Source of the DNA: Octopus vulgaris
Lineage: Eukaryota
Direction: 5' to 3'
NCBI GenBank assembly: GCA_951406725.2
Contig: OX597825.1
Coordinates: forward strand, 19,096,001 to 19,160,000
Length of the DNA: 64,000 nt
This document shows positions 40,935 through 53,884 of this stretch, piece by piece. Under the pieces are notes generated by a model, which saw only the letters and a list, made by a program, of their open reading frames with translations, ran no database searches and was not told the DNA's origin. Made by a program: the position numbers and the translations under genes. How positions within the stretch are numbered: position 1 is the first letter of the stretch; every line of letters starts with the position of its first letter.

Positions 40935-41507
40935 TATACAGCTGATCACATTTTACTACATTCATGATTTTTTTACCATACACAGCCATGAGATAAGCAC
41001 AGCGAAGCAGCTGAAAAATTAAGTGCAAGAATCACAATTTGAAATACATCACTGATAATTCTATGTTGGAACAATCTCTTATCAATGGGATCTTCTAATA
41101 GTACTATACCGATATATTATAATTATTTGTGGGGCGGAAAAGAAACTCGATGTATTTGAAAGAAATAGAATGTTGAACTACATTTGAGCGACTATATACA
41201 TTTATGTTACCTTTTATAAAAAAAAAATTATTTCTACAATTTATATAAACGCGTATTTTGGCAAGAAAATGATAATGTGTAATAGAAATCTTAATGAAGT
41301 TGTAAAATAATTGGATTTCCAGACTCAAAAGTTATCTTAGGATTAACACGTCTGGAACGTTGTATGTTTTCACTTAGAAAAATACGTACACATAAATTGT
41401 GTGTGATCACATCCAGACATATAAATATACATGAATATTAATATATTTGATGTATAAACATATACACAATAGCACACACACATACATATATATATATATG
41501 TATTTGT

Positions 41508-41603
<96 letters not shown>

Positions 41604-41854
41604 CGTATATGGCGTACAGCGATATGGAAGTAGAGGCACAGACACGCTTAAGCGTATATGGACTCAAATATTCATATAAATTCAGACAGACAGACACTGA
41701 GACATGGAGATCAACTAACGCAATCGAACACCTAACTAAATATCCCCTCAATACATTTATTACAATAAGTAACTCAAAAACAGTTTCTCTTTAAGAGTAA
41801 AACTTCTAAAGTATACTTACTATTAGCTTTTTTCTCTTCCATTTTTGCTACGAA

Positions 41855-41887
41855 TTTCTTCTTCTTCTACTACTACTTCTTCTTCTT

Positions 41888-41968
<81 letters not shown>

Positions 41969-42012
41969 TTCTTCCTCTCTTCTTCCCTTTCTTCTTCTTC
42001 TTCTTCTTCTTC
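41855..42012. repeat. (TTC)n(CTA)n compound microsatellite
   Basis: Direct observation. Confidence 0.95.
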
Positions 42013-42786
42013 TCCCCACACGGTTTATAACATAATAACTTTCTACTAGGGACATACATTAACGACTACTCATTAACTCTCGTTTGTGTGCCCCCGGGAA
42101 ATGAGAGAGGAACTGTTTAGCAACGTACTCCTCCCTGTACACATACATATGCATAAATACATATATAAATACACACATACACACAGACACACTCACACAC
42201 AGATATACATACACACACACAAACACACACACACACACATACATACATACATATGCATAATTACGAGGAATTATATATAGGCGAGGCAGCAAATGCATTA
42301 TCGGAACGCTCATGAGTCCACAGACAAGAAATCCGGGAGCCCAATATATATAGACATGTGGTCACAAAATGTTTCTAATTTTTCCTTTCCGCAAACTACA
42401 TAACACAGGCGAGGCTGGAAGAAAAATAAAAGGAAAACAGTTTATTAAAATGTTCAAACCTGTTTTGAACGGAGATAACCGCAATAATATAACAACCAGC
42501 TAATGATATGGTATAATAAATATAAACAAATTACAGAATATCGGTACACCTGGCAAACCATGATGTTTATGAGCATGCGGATTGATTAAAAGGTATTCTA
42601 AAAATTCAGCTCTCTGGAGCGTTCGAAGTGGTTCGAAATTTGTCAAGAACTCAACCGTTGGTTATACACATTTGAAATCTGATGAGTACACTATGTATGA
42701 AAACAAGACAATGTCTTAACTTTATTTAAATGATATATTATTCTGTACACATTCACACAAATTTGAAAAAATATATATCTATATTG

Positions 42787-43090
42787 TGGAGGCGCAATGG
42801 CCCAGCGGTTAGGGCAGTGGACTCGTGGTCGTAGGATCGCGGTTTCGATTCCCATACCGGGCGTTGTGAGTGTTTGTTGAGCGAAGACACCTAAAGCTCC
42901 ACGATGCTCCGGCAGGGGGTGGTGGCAGTACCTGGTGTACTCTTTCGCCACAACTTTCTCTCATTCTTTCTTCTCTTGGGCTACTTGCTTAGCCAGCGAC
43001 GTGGCGTCATTTGAAGGCTAAAACAATGCTAAGCGCATTGTGACCAGCGATGAGTAGCAACATCGGATAGCCTGGGCGGTTACGATGATA
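42787..43090 (+). mobile_element. SINE family C head fused to a hairpin-containing tail module
   Basis: Head 42787-42976; tail gccagcg..gaaggctaaaACAATGCtaagcGCATTGTgaccagcgatg. Confidence 0.88.
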
Positions 43091-43858
43091 TATCTGTACT
43101 ATAATAGATAAAGCTGTGTATTAAATAGGTATGTAACAATTACTGAATATACTAAAATAAGGCAATTATTAAAGGATTGACCATCTGGAAATATTTTAAT
43201 AAATTTATGTTCTAAGAAATTTCCTATAATTTCGATTTCTCAAATTTCTTGAATATTTTTAACTTCACTTTCTCGCAAATTTAAATATTCATTGCATTCA
43301 CTGCGTCCAATTCGTAAATTTAAATATTCATTGCTTTCCCTGCGGAGTATTCCATTCTCATTTGCAAAGTCTCTCACTTTCTGTTTTAAGTTTTCATCTA
43401 TTTGGAAAATCAACAGTTTACTCTATTAGTGTATATATAATTTATTATTTATTATTCTATAAATGTATAGGTAATTTATTATTTATTGACTGGAAAGTTT
43501 TAAAATACCTGTATAATTTTTGAATGCGGGGTAGCTGTGAGAAGAGCCTTGTAAGTCAGGTAATTACTATTAGATGACGGGGAGGAAAAAGTTACCAACA
43601 AGTACTCGAAACTTTCACTTTATTCACAGTTTCCAAACACTCTGTATCACAAGGCCAATATATAGGCAAACAAGTTGTACGAGCGAGTTAAACAGTGACA
43701 CTCTCAGGCACACACATAGATACATATACACACAAATGAAAGGCAATGAATGTGTATGTGTGTTTACTTCGTGCTGCATTAATTTTGCGAAGTTTTGTCA
43801 GTGAACAGGTTGCGGTTTCAAAGCGAAGAAAATATTTTAACGTACAAATGAAACTGGT

Positions 43859-44043
43859 ACTATTTAAATATAGAGGTCCATTAACGAAACTACTTAAATA
43901 TACGTGTTACGTACAAAACATCATAAATAACCATAACTAACCCTAAAACTAGCCCTAACCTTAAACCTAAAAACTAACCCTAAAATTATCGCCCCCCTTC
44001 GTATCGTTACGTAGATGCATTGGAACCTCTGTACTTAAGTAGT
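43859..44043. mobile_element. Non-autonomous element with inverted repeats and ctaaccctaa repeats (Helentron/HINE-like)
   Basis: actatttaaatatagaggtcca / tggaacctctgtacttaagtagt around ctaaccct repeats. Confidence 0.55.
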
Positions 44044-45026
44044 GGTGTGAAACTAACGACTTCTGTGTGTCCTTGAACGCTTACAAACTTCTACGAGGCA
44101 ATTGTTTTTGTTTCAGCACACGATCTCTGATCAAATCACTTGCTATGCAAGTACATCGTAATTTTTCTTTAACCACTGTGGATAAATGCCAGCAATGACC
44201 TTCTCAGGCTCTCCCATATTTTAATTTCAAACAAAAACAATCGGGACAGGACGTGGGGTTGCTTAAATTTATAATTTCTCAAATTTTCGTCTTTATAGCA
44301 TATAAATGTATTTATGGTGGTGGGGGGGGGTATTGAAAAACATCATGCGAGAGTAATAAAGAAACCACAAGGGCCGTCTGTAGATATGCTAGAAAAAGTA
44401 GCCAAATCGCCCTTAAATCATTCACATTTCCCTCTGAAAATATTAAGAATTAAAAAAAAAAATTATACCGAAAATAATCTTCCTATGGCTTTAAATACAA
44501 ACAAAATTGATCAAAATAGGTCCAGAGAGGGATGATGAGGGAGGGGTGTAAAAAGAGTTTACAAAATATTTTTCATACAAAGATGCCCCTCCCTCCACAA
44601 CCATATTATTTCGAAGGCTCTGGTTAAAAAAAAAAAAAATGAACAAAAATCCCTGAAAAATTTTTCCCGCAAATTTCTTTATAATCGTAATCTATGCCAT
44701 TTGAAACAGATTTGCATAAATTTTCCTGAAAGTTTCCATCTTCCTGAAAGTTAAGAGGGAAAACATTCTGATAGTGTGAATTTTCCAAAACTCCTCTCTC
44801 CATCCCTTCGGAAAAATTATTTCTCACAAAGTCCCTATATACTCTGAGGCCACAACATCTAAGCGGTATTTTTAGAAAATCTTGTTAAAAATATTCCTTT
44901 TTCTGGATGTCATGAGGCAAATAAACACCAGGGCTGTTTACATCTGTAGCAATGCCATTATATTTATACGATTGTTTTCATTTCAGGTGTATTTCATTCA
45001 TTGTTTGCAATGGTTTCTCTCCTCTC

Positions 45027-45083
<57 letters not shown>

Positions 45084-45579
45084 ACACACACACTGCAAAG
45101 CTTACAGAAGGGCTGCTGAAATGAAATCTTTATGTTGCTTTGAGAGAAAGGTAAAACTTGACAAACTGCTTCTACTTCTGTTGTTGGACTACCGTGTTGT
45201 TTGTTTAAAAAAGAGAGATGATGACTGTGATAAAATAATGAAAGCAATACTTACTAAGCAAGAGAGCTATATTATACAAAGAAATAATTAGACATAATAT
45301 ATAAAAATTATTAGAATTTGGAATCAAATGTGAAAATACTATCAAGGGGCCAGCAGAAAACCGCACGGTGAGTGATTTTTCTGTTAGAATATATATATAT
45401 ATCTATATATATATGGAGAGAGAGAGAGAGAATATTACTCTTAGAAATATTACTATCAAACCTAGGCTAGGCACTACCATCTCGTGCCGCGTAAAGGTAC
45501 TAGTTGAATACATTGCAATACATCTAGAGATCAATCGGTTGAGGATCACACACAAACTCTCTCTCTCTCTCTCAACCTC

Positions 45580-45772
45580 GTGAGCACTGCCAGCAATTTT
45601 TTTCTCTCCGTCTTCCCTTCTCGGGATCTTTCCTTCTCCTTTGTTTCCGACGAAGAGCTCCGCTCGAAACGTTAAACCCTTCTTCCCTTCTTTCCTGAGC
45701 GTCCAATAATACTTTAATTGTTTCACGTCCTCGCGTTGCTGTGTTTTTTTCTGTGTTTTCTTGTTTGGATTA

Positions 45773-45780
<8 letters not shown>
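45580..45780 (+). mobile_element. (TA)n-adjacent cassette with variant hammerhead (45643-45677)
   Basis: gttt-CCGACGA-A-GAGC tcc GCTC-GAAA-CG-TT-aaac then ttcctgagcgt. Confidence 0.7.
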
Positions 45781-45807
<27 letters not shown>

Positions 45808-45858
45808 TTATATGTAGAAAGTTGAAAGGGAACACACGAGTTGATATATGGAAAAAAA

Positions 45859-46086
45859 AGTCAAGGTAGAAAATCTTGAAATATTTTTATAAAAAATATT
45901 TCAGTAATGGTTATTCAAATACAAGAGGCATTTTCCTTGTTTCTTCCTGTCTCTGTCTCTCTTGTTTACTCCTAATTTTTCAAAAATTTAATTGTTTTCC
46001 ATACTTACAGTTGTGAAAGTTTCAATGACTGAAACTGATACTGAAATGTTTTTTAAAAAATTATTTTACTATTTTCTACTTTGACT
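45859..46086. repeat. Imperfect 47-bp inverted repeat element between (TA)n tracts
   Basis: agtcaaggtagaaaat..atttcagt / actgaaat..attttctactttgact. Confidence 0.75.
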
Positions 46087-46099
46087 ATCCCCCCCCATT

Positions 46100-46164
<65 letters not shown>

Positions 46165-46664
46165 GACAGGGAGAGAAAGGGAAAAAAAGTGAGACATAAT
46201 TTCGAAACTATGTATAAAGAAGATTGAATCGTCATTAACTAAAACAGCTGCGTAGCAGCTGAACGGAAACATACTATGCGATTTCAAAAATCCTGGAAAA
46301 AAAAATTGGTTCTTTCTTTCTTTCTTTCGCACTTTTTTTCTTCTTTTCTTGCTCAGCCTCGCATACATTTGCACATATATGTACGTGCGCATTTGTACGA
46401 ATACATATACATAACAAAATAACGTTCGTTCCCAATTCAACTCCAGATTTATTTCAGCTAGCACATACATAAGTTTTCTGCGAAAAACACAATTTCTAAT
46501 AATTGTCTGAAATGTGATAAAGGCGCTAAATAAATAACTAGTCAAAATTCTAACTAGCTCATTTTTCTTGATATATAAAAACCGTACACCACTTCAAACA
46601 AATTACACATATACACAATCGCGTGATAAGGCCATTTGAAATACAGGTACAACAGGAACAGGAA

Positions 46665-46849
46665 GATAGAGTGAATGAATGTTTCGGTGAAAGAGTACTG
46701 CAGGATTCGCACCCACCCTTTGCCGGTACTTCGTGGAGCTTTAGGTGGTTTTGCTCAATAAACACTCACAACGCCAGATCTGGGAATTGAAACTGCGAAC
46801 CTACGATCGCGAGTTCACTGCTGTATCCCCTTGGCCATTGCGCCTCCAC
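46665..46849 (-). mobile_element. SINE family C head
   Basis: ggccattgcgcctcca; gtggagctttaggt. Confidence 0.85.
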
Positions 46850-46895
46850 ACGTATGCGTATGTATGTATGTAAGTATGCATGTATGTATACATCC

Positions 46896-47086
46896 TATTT
46901 CTTTACTACCCACAAGGGGCTAAACACAGAGGGGACAAACAAAGACAGACAAACGGATTAAGTCGATTACATCGATCCAGTACGTAACTGGTACGTAATT
47001 TATCAACCCCGAAAAGATGAAAGGCAAAGTCGACCTCGGCGGGATTTGAACTCAGAACGTAACGGCAGACGAAATGCGGCTACGCA
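46896..47086 (-). mobile_element. SINE family A, 5'-truncated
   Basis: Reverse complement of 8520-8711. Confidence 0.9.
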
Positions 47087-47180
47087 CGTATCTATACATT
47101 CACATATATCTACATACGTATATATATGTGTGTATGTGAGCTGGTGAGTGTGTGCGTGTTTGCGCCGCGCGTGTGTATGT

Positions 47181-48022
47181 ATGTGCGGAGAATATAGTGT
47201 CGTCTAAATTACTTAAAAATGGAAATATCACTGACATGTCATTTTAACTGACATATTTACCAAAATTACACAAAAATATCTTGAAATACCAAAGAGTAGA
47301 TTATTTATTCAATAAAGTCGACATAGGCTTTAATCATGGCCTTTAGACGACTTTGATATCTCCTGTAAATCTTCTAGACTGTCTCTCTGTTTAAGCTGGT
47401 AAATTCTGCCATAATCCTTGCCTTAAGTTCACTTTTGGTGTTACAAAGAGTTTTGTCGGTCTCTCGCTCAACTGTACTCCACACTTAATAATCAATGGGG
47501 TTGCAGTCTGGGGAGTTAGGGGGCAAGATGTTAGGGCTGATGTGGTCGCAGAAAGTCTCTTACAGCCATGATTTGGTTCTCCTGTTTGTGTGGCATGGTG
47601 TAGAGTCTTGTTGCGAGATATAGGGTCTGCCAGCAGCTACTCTTTTGACCCAGTGAAACACTACCTCCTCCAGGCTCTTGATGTAAACCTCCCTGTGGAG
47701 ACTGAGCCCCCGTAGAAATTTGAATGGAAACATATGTTTGATATTTATCATTCTTGGTACATGTTTTGAGGAGACGGCAAAGCAAAGGTTGTGCTGTGTT
47801 CACCATTTATTTGTATTAAAGAGCCCAGTGCAAATACCAAGCAGTGTACCATGTCGTTTCCAAATTTCTGGCAGAGTAAATTGTGTCGTGGTGGTTTTTT
47901 TCCTACAGACGGTGCCCAGCTGATTCGACTATACTGTTTAGTCGACAAAGTCTAAGCAATGCGCGCGCGCGCGAAATTAAAAATATAAAATAGTGACAAT
48001 TTATGCATCGAACAACCCCCTC
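47181..48022 (-). mobile_element. maT (DD37D) Tc1/mariner element, internally deleted, transposase pseudogene
   Basis: YIKSLEEVV..WVKRVAAGRPY..QQDSTPCHTNRRTKSWL*..PPNSPDCNPID: 37 residues between the second and third Asp; both ends present. Confidence 0.9.
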
Positions 48023-48115
48023 TCCGTATGTATATATATACATATATATATATATGTGTGTGTGTTTGTGTGTGTGTATGTCTGTGTGTGTCTGTGTGTG
48101 TCTGAGTGCATACAT

Positions 48116-48186
<71 letters not shown>

Positions 48187-48223
48187 ATCTATCTATCTAT
48201 ATATATATATTTATATATATATA

Positions 48224-48261
<38 letters not shown>

Positions 48262-48559
48262 CACATACATATATATACATATATATAATGTTTTATTATA
48301 TGAAAATCTAAGCTATAATCGTATATTTATCTTTGCATATACTCTATATAATTTATTCATACTATCTTGTTCATATTCCAAATTATACTTGTTTGGAAAG
48401 TAACATGATCTGAGATTTTGTATTGTATCTGAAGCAATTAGATCATGGAAGAAACATTTTCGTCATCTCAAATAACTAAAACGTCTCACATAAGGAAAAG
48501 TTGTTTGTGTCAAATTCCTAAGAATTAAGTTGATACGACTGAAAATTTGTTTCAAAATT

Positions 48560-48674
48560 ACCATCATCATAATCATCATCATCCTTGCAATAATAACGAT
48601 ACTAATAATAATGATACTAATAATAATGATAATAATAATGATGATAATAATAATGATGATGATAATAATAATAC

Positions 48675-48760
<86 letters not shown>
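48560..48760. repeat. (AAT)n microsatellite
   Basis: Direct observation. Confidence 0.95.
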
Positions 48761-49314
48761 GCCCTGATGCAGTACCAGGCAGTGGCTCTCATAGCTTCTG
48801 ATCTTAACTGATTGGAAGTGTTATCATGTACATTGTTTTGTCTTGGTATAAAAGATGGGCTACGGCAAATATTCTGCTCAATACCACAGATTTGCTTGTC
48901 AGTTGTTTGACCTTAACCAGTTGAGCATGTCCCTTAGTGGCTGACGATATATGCATCTCTGATCACGAGCAGAAGTAGTGGGGGAGCATCATAGCCATGT
49001 GTTGAGAGGGATTCTTTGGGGTTTGAATAGTTCACCTCTGGAAACATGGGTGGTTCTTTCAACATCCTTAAACAACCCTTATTCAGGGACCTTTTGAGTG
49101 GGATGGGCTACTCAACCTGAAGAAAATTCTAACTGGGCCCCACCTGCAAGGTCATGTGCTGTTTATCTTGATATGAGATCACCATGTCGCGCACATATGG
49201 TTGTGATGCATGTGCCTGGTGTACCTTTATCAGACGGGTAGTCATGATGGGTATATTGGGCTTCGTATATTTTACCCCAGTGTCACTTTGATGGCATGAA
49301 CTGCTCTCTCACTC
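48761..49314 (+). mobile_element. About 555-bp non-coding insert inside a (TAA)n tract
   Basis: Sharp boundaries, higher GC than flanks, (AAT)n on both sides, no ORF. Confidence 0.6.
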
Positions 49315-49436
49315 AATGATAATAATAATAATAATAATAATAATGGTTTGAGGATTTGGCATACGGCCAACGATTCTAGGGGTGTAGATGAGTCCAATAC
49401 ATCCTCCTCCTACTCCTACTCCTCCTCCTCCTCCTC

Positions 49437-49490
<54 letters not shown>

Positions 49491-49491
49491 G

Positions 49492-49569
<78 letters not shown>

Positions 49570-49570
<1 letters not shown>

Positions 49571-50286
49571 TAAACACACAACAGATTTAGACTGCTGGAA
49601 AAGAAAAATCCCGAACATCGTGCTACAAAAAGTAACCTTAGACGCGAAGAACCCTCCTAAATATCTTAGTTGTCCCTAATAACATTGTTTTCTGGAGCTC
49701 TACTAAACTGGGCTTTATGCCTTATTCCTGTTTCCATCTGTTGAAATCTTTAAGGATAGTTCGTAATGCAGCAATAATGACTGGGATACATTTTACCCGC
49801 ACTCACCATAGTCTCTGTATTTCTTCAATGGCTACGTCCTGATACTTTGATATTTTTTCTATACCTCTCATATTTATTTTTTCATCATTTGGGGCTGTAA
49901 AGTCAATTATCTGGAACTTTCTATTTTCCTTGTCTACTCCTAGTAAATTAGGACCTCTAGCTTCTATAACTCTGTCAGTCTGAATGTTAAACTTTCACAT
50001 CTTATACTTCTTACTTTCTCGTACTTTCTTAGGTTCGTGTTCATACCAATTATCAGTATGAGCAAATCCTAGATTTCTAAATAACTTCCAGTGAAATATT
50101 CTCCCTAGGTTGTCATGTCTTTTCTTATATTTTTGTGTCAGCATGCTACCTTGATTTACTCTATGAGTGACAATTTCCTCTTTTGATATGCATAAACAAC
50201 ATTGGGTATCTACATGGTTTTATCTATATTGGCTTTTATCTAAGAAGTCCTTAATGCTTGATCTTGTACTGCTATTAGTAAAATGT
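49570..50286 (-). mobile_element. R4/Dong-clade non-LTR retrotransposon 3' fragment (restriction-like endonuclease domain)
   Basis: IAVQDQALRT, C.LC...E..TH, YKKRHDNLGRIFHW, WYEHEP, NIQTDRVIEAR.P, IIDF..P.D, EKISKYQD, LQKT.LLGT.KI.RRVL*; 3' end runs into (TAA)n. Confidence 0.88.
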
Positions 50287-50313
50287 CTTCTTCTTCTTCT
50301 TCTTCTTCTTCTT

Positions 50314-50408
<95 letters not shown>

Positions 50409-50490
50409 TATTATTATCATCATCATCATCATCATCTTTATTATTATCATCATCATCATCATCATCACCATTATTATTATTATTATTATT
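50286..50490. repeat. (TTC)n(TTA)n(TCA)n compound microsatellite
   Basis: Direct observation. Confidence 0.95.
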
Positions 50491-50548
50491 ACTTCTGTTA
50501 TTTATGCTGTTCTTTTGTTCGTTTTACATTTAATTTATTTACTAATTC

Positions 50549-50762
50549 TTTTCTACTGAAGGCCCAAGGTCTGGAAATTTGAGTGGGGAGGGACTAGTCG
50601 ATTACATCGACCCCAGATCTTCACTGGTACTTAATTTATCGACCCCGAAAGGATGAAAGGCAAAGTCGACTCGGGCGAAATTTGAACTCAGAACGTAAAA
50701 ATGGGTGAAATGCCATTAAACGTTCCACCCGGCGTGTCAGCGATTCTACCAGCTCGCCATCT
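50549..50762 (-). mobile_element. SINE family A
   Basis: tttatcgaccccgaaaggatgaaaggcaaagtcgac. Confidence 0.9.
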
Positions 50763-51069
50763 TCTTTACTGATTAGTTACCGATGTTCTGTTTTCATTTT
50801 GTTTCGTTTCGTCATCTAAACACTTCACATTTTAAGCATTTAAACCTTTAGCTTGCGTTTTCATTCTGGAGATATTTATATTTATTTTTCTAACACGGGA
50901 TAAGAATTCTTATCAAACATATTAAACAATTAGCGGGAATTGTTAGCTAAACGATTTTAAGAGCAAGCACAAATAAGTTGAAAATATGAATTAATATGGA
51001 CGCAAAACCAATGCAAACATTACGCACTAAAGCCATAGTAACGACACCCCTAATAACATGTTATCGTTC

Positions 51070-51400
51070 TCGAGTGCTGTCTGCTATAAGAAAACTTCTT
51101 AGCATGAGCCATTTGATCTAAAGTATAAAGAAGGAGAAATGTCATCAAAGACAGCGCACGTGAATATTTTCCTAAAACTGGGGAAAACAATAGCTGGGGA
51201 AACAAGGCTGGAGAAAACAAAGATGGTTTTCCTGTGCTTTCCACTGAAAAGTGTTGGGGGACTTGACTCATGTGGTGCAGGATGTTGGATACCGTTAAGA
51301 AAGCAAAGCACATTGAAAATATGTACTTAATTCTCTGGAGACAATAGGAAACAATGAGTACACTCTAATGGAGTGATGAATGCTGGAAGTCTGAATACCT
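51070..51400 (-). pseudogene. Ancient LINE RT N-terminal relic
   Basis: LP....LEC.H...HIFNVLCFLNG and P.F.KIF traces. Confidence 0.3.
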
Positions 51401-51470
51401 TATTGCATGCATTGTAGTGTAATGGCCATGTAAGGAGTAGCTGCAGCAGCAGCAGTCACAGCAGTAGCAG

Positions 51471-51840
51471 TGGAGGCGCAATGGCCCAATGGTTAGGGCA
51501 GCGGACTCGCGGTAAGAGGATCGTGGTTTCGATTCCTAGACCGGGCGTTGCGTGTGTTTATTGAGCGAAAACACCTAACGCTCCACGAGGCTCCGGCAGG
51601 GGGTTGTGGCGATCCCTGCTGTACTCTTTCGCTCCAACTTTCTCTCCCTCTTCCTTCCTGTTTCTTGTCCCCGACTTCCTACGCAACCGCTGAGCCTGGA
51701 TGCGCAGTCATCCATCCGTCGATGGTCTCGGTGTCTGGGGTTGACCAGCTTTCTCTTCTGCGGGTCTTACGAATAGCAAAGGACCACGTTTCGGACTTCT
51801 CCCATCTTGCGAGCTCTGGGACGAAGACCGTTCGCTCTAC
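51471..51840 (+). mobile_element. SINE family C head with a unique 170-bp tail
   Basis: Head 51471-51667; tail cccgacttcctacgc..gaagaccgttcgctctac; flanked by (GCA)/(GTA)n. Confidence 0.88.
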
Positions 51841-51876
51841 AGCAACAGCAACAGCAGCAGTAGCGGCAGCAGTAAC

Positions 51877-51960
<84 letters not shown>

Positions 51961-52003
51961 TTACGGAAAATAAGTTGTGTTATATATAAATATATAAAGG
52001 AGT

Positions 52004-52120
52004 GATAGAATAAGTACTGGGCTTACAAAGAATAAGTCCCGTGGTCGAGTTGCTCTATTAAAGGCGGTGCACCAGCATGGCAACAGTCAAAATGACTGAA
52101 ACAAGTAAAAAGAGAACAGA
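52004..52120 (+). mobile_element. SINE family B 3' tail
   Basis: aaggcggtgcaccagcatggcaacagtcaaaatgactgaaacaagtaaaa. Confidence 0.85.
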
Positions 52121-53188
52121 GAGATACTAAATTCTGCTGACGTCATTAATCTCGGTTCAACATTTAGTAACAGAAACAAAATGGAATGTAGTTGATTGAT
52201 CCATCACAAATTTATTAGTGGTACTAATAATTTTCTGGAGAGATACCAATCAAAAAGTATTCCAATCAAATTTCCTCTCATCCAAGAAACCCAGATGAAA
52301 TATTTATCAATTTAATGTGCATCCGGTTCCTTAATGATTTATTTTTTTCATAAACACTAATGTTCCACACAGTTAGAAACCTACATATGCTTGTTTATTA
52401 ATATCATGGAGAGTAATTGCTGGCCTACTGACCTATTGACGATGGTTTTGTGTTTAAATGCCACTAGGGTTTTCTTTTCTGTTTCTTTCTTTCTTTCTTT
52501 CTTTCTTTTCTTTTAATAACCTTTCTTTTCTTGCAAAACAAAAATAAATGCTAATCAAATGTTTTCACGAAGTCGGGCATAGCTCAATAATGACCTGCCG
52601 TATTAAGACAACGTTAATTATTTGCCCTATAAAATATAATTTAGAGGATTGTAGAAAAAGTAGATAGTCGGATTAAATGCTTTGACATATCTAATTACTA
52701 CCTATTATCCGAGACAAAATCTCGCTGATTTTAAGCCGCTCTGACTTCATAGAACCTTTATGCTAAATTTACTTGAATTTCTTTCCAATTATCTTCAGCC
52801 GTTTTCAAGTATTGTGTGACTTTGTCAAATATAACTATCAATAAAATATTGTCGTATAAAATATTTTCTGGACACGCTGACTGTAAACAACATCCAGTAT
52901 CGCCTAATATATACATAAATAAAAGATATACAACATTATAGTAAAAAAGTGGGAGGAATTTGATAACATCTCTATTGGTTCTTGGCTCCCCCTGGCATTA
53001 AAAATATCATGCGACTTTATGTCTAATAACCACGATTGACCTAAAAAAGACTTCAATTTTCCTAAAATCAAACGACCCTCTTTGGTATGATGCTATTGAA
53101 TTTTTAATCAAGTTCAATATAAATTCAAGAACTGTGCCCTGTGTCTTCCATGATCAACATTAATAAATAAATTATTTCTTCTGTTCGT

Positions 53189-53441
53189 AGAGGCACGTGG
53201 CTTACTGGTTAGAGTGTTGGAATCACGATCTTAAGATTGTGGTTTCGATTCCTGGACTGGGTGATGCGTTGGGCTCTAGAACAAAATACTCCATTTCACA
53301 TTACTCCAGTCCACTCAGATGACAAAATAAAAATTGAGTAACCACTGCAGCAGATCGACATCCCGTCCAGGTGGGGGATTTCTACGTCACGGACACCGGG
53401 AAACTAGCCCTTATGAGCCTGGCATGGCTCGAGAAGGAAAC
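53189..53441 (+). mobile_element. SINE family C variant
   Basis: ggtttcgattcctggac; tail ccttatgagcctggcatggctcgagaaggaaa. Confidence 0.85.
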
Positions 53442-53445
53442 ATCT

Positions 53446-53884
53446 CTTCTTCTTCTTGTTCTTCTTCTTCTTGTTCTTGTTCTTCTTCTTCTTCTTCTTC
53501 TTCTTCTTCTTCTTCTTCTTCTTCTTTTTCGTCTTCTTCTTCTTCTTCTTCTTCTTCTTCTCCTCCTCAACCTCCTCCTTCTTCCCCTTCTTCTTCTTCT
53601 TCTTCTTCTTCTCCTCCTCAACCTCCTCCTTCTTCCCCTTCTTCTTCTTCTTCTTCTTCTTCTTCTTCTTCTTCTCCTTCTTCTCCTCCTCAACCTCCTC
53701 CTTCTTCCCCTTCTTCTTCTTCTTCTTCTTCTTCTTCTTCTTCTTCTTCTTCTCCTCCTCCTCAACCTCCTCCTTCTCCTTCTTCTTCTTCTTCTTCTTC
53801 TTCTTCTCATCAACCTCCTCCTTCTCCCCCTTCTTCTTCTTCTTCTTCTTCTTCTTCTTCTTCTTCTTCTTCTTCTTCTTCTTC
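53446..53884. repeat. (TTC)n with higher-order unit tctcctcctcaacctcctccttct x5
   Basis: Direct observation. Confidence 0.92.

Noticed and set aside
42675-42720. ctgatga-gtaca..tgtat-gaaa..gtc hammerhead-like motif
   Set aside because: Stem I cannot be formed and there is an extra A in stem III; at best decayed
43274-43345. 39-bp tandem duplication (smaller ones at 18082-18123 and 62804-62837)
   Set aside because: Ordinary local duplications with no further structure
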